From assembly GCF_000441555.1 (NCBI RefSeq), contig NC_021886.1, positions 1-5,458 of the forward strand: a stretch of 5,458 bases of DNA, written 5' to 3'. The position numbers and the translations under genes are program-made. The stretch comes from Candidatus Profftella armatura (GTDB taxonomy: Bacteria > Pseudomonadota > Gammaproteobacteria > Burkholderiales > Burkholderiaceae). The notes below the pieces were generated by a model. The model made no database searches. It was given only the letters and a program-made list of their open reading frames with translations, and was not told the origin of the DNA. Below are positions 5,399-5,458 of this stretch, piece after piece (position 1 is the first letter of the stretch; each line of letters begins with the position of its first letter).

Positions 5399-5458
5399 CA
5401 AAAATTATAAAATTTAAATAAAAAAATAATTTTTTAAATTCTAATTTTTTACATAAAA

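Noticed and set aside
5419-5436. aaaaaa-taa-tttttt inverted repeat after crtB as an intrinsic terminator
   Set aside because: It is a pure A-T 6-bp stem and would be thermodynamically negligible. No convincing rho-independent terminator is visible after any gene.
1-5458. A novel defence, toxin or secretion system hidden in the window
   Set aside because: All long ORFs are confidently assigned to RepA and CrtY/I/B. The minus strand has no ORFs in the supplied track, and the remaining non-coding DNA is best explained as replication and expression control sequence.

Overview
The window looks like a complete, very small, extremely A+T-rich replicon linearised at the start codon of its replication gene. 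All four long ORFs are on the + strand. They are a RepA-family plasmid replication initiator (1-897) and a tightly packed three-gene carotenoid operon: crtY lycopene beta-cyclase (1807-2967), crtI phytoene desaturase (2970-4451) and crtB phytoene synthase (4448-5398). Between repA and crtY lies about 900 bp with no credible independent gene but a lot of repeat structure. (1) A 296-bp perfectly identical direct repeat (680-975 and 1019-1314, offset 339 bp) duplicates the last 71 codons of repA plus 78 bp downstream, leaving a truncated repA fragment (988-1236, TTG start only). (2) A cluster of TGCGTGTAA iteron-like boxes and a 10-bp palindrome (1315-1410) is flanked by C-tracts that are unusual for this composition. 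(3) There is an exact-tandem 19-bp repeat (1500-1537). (4) There is a G/C-free stretch (1582-1620). (5) There is a C8 homopolymer (1707-1714). I interpret this region as the replication origin/control region plus the crt promoter region, but that is inference. No tRNA, rRNA, CRISPR, IS element, partition, mobilisation, toxin-antitoxin or defence genes are visible. The K/N/I/F-rich proteins, long poly(A) tracts inside genes and absence of Shine-Dalgarno motifs fit a reduced insect-endosymbiont genome. From memory (not a search), 'Candidatus Profftella armatura' of the psyllid Diaphorina citri was reported to carry a 5,458-bp plasmid, and Profftella plasmids were later reported to encode crtB/crtI/crtY. 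The window length equals that figure, so the gene content is probably already described. The repeat and origin architecture is the least explained part. I do not see evidence for a wholly new protein-coding system here.
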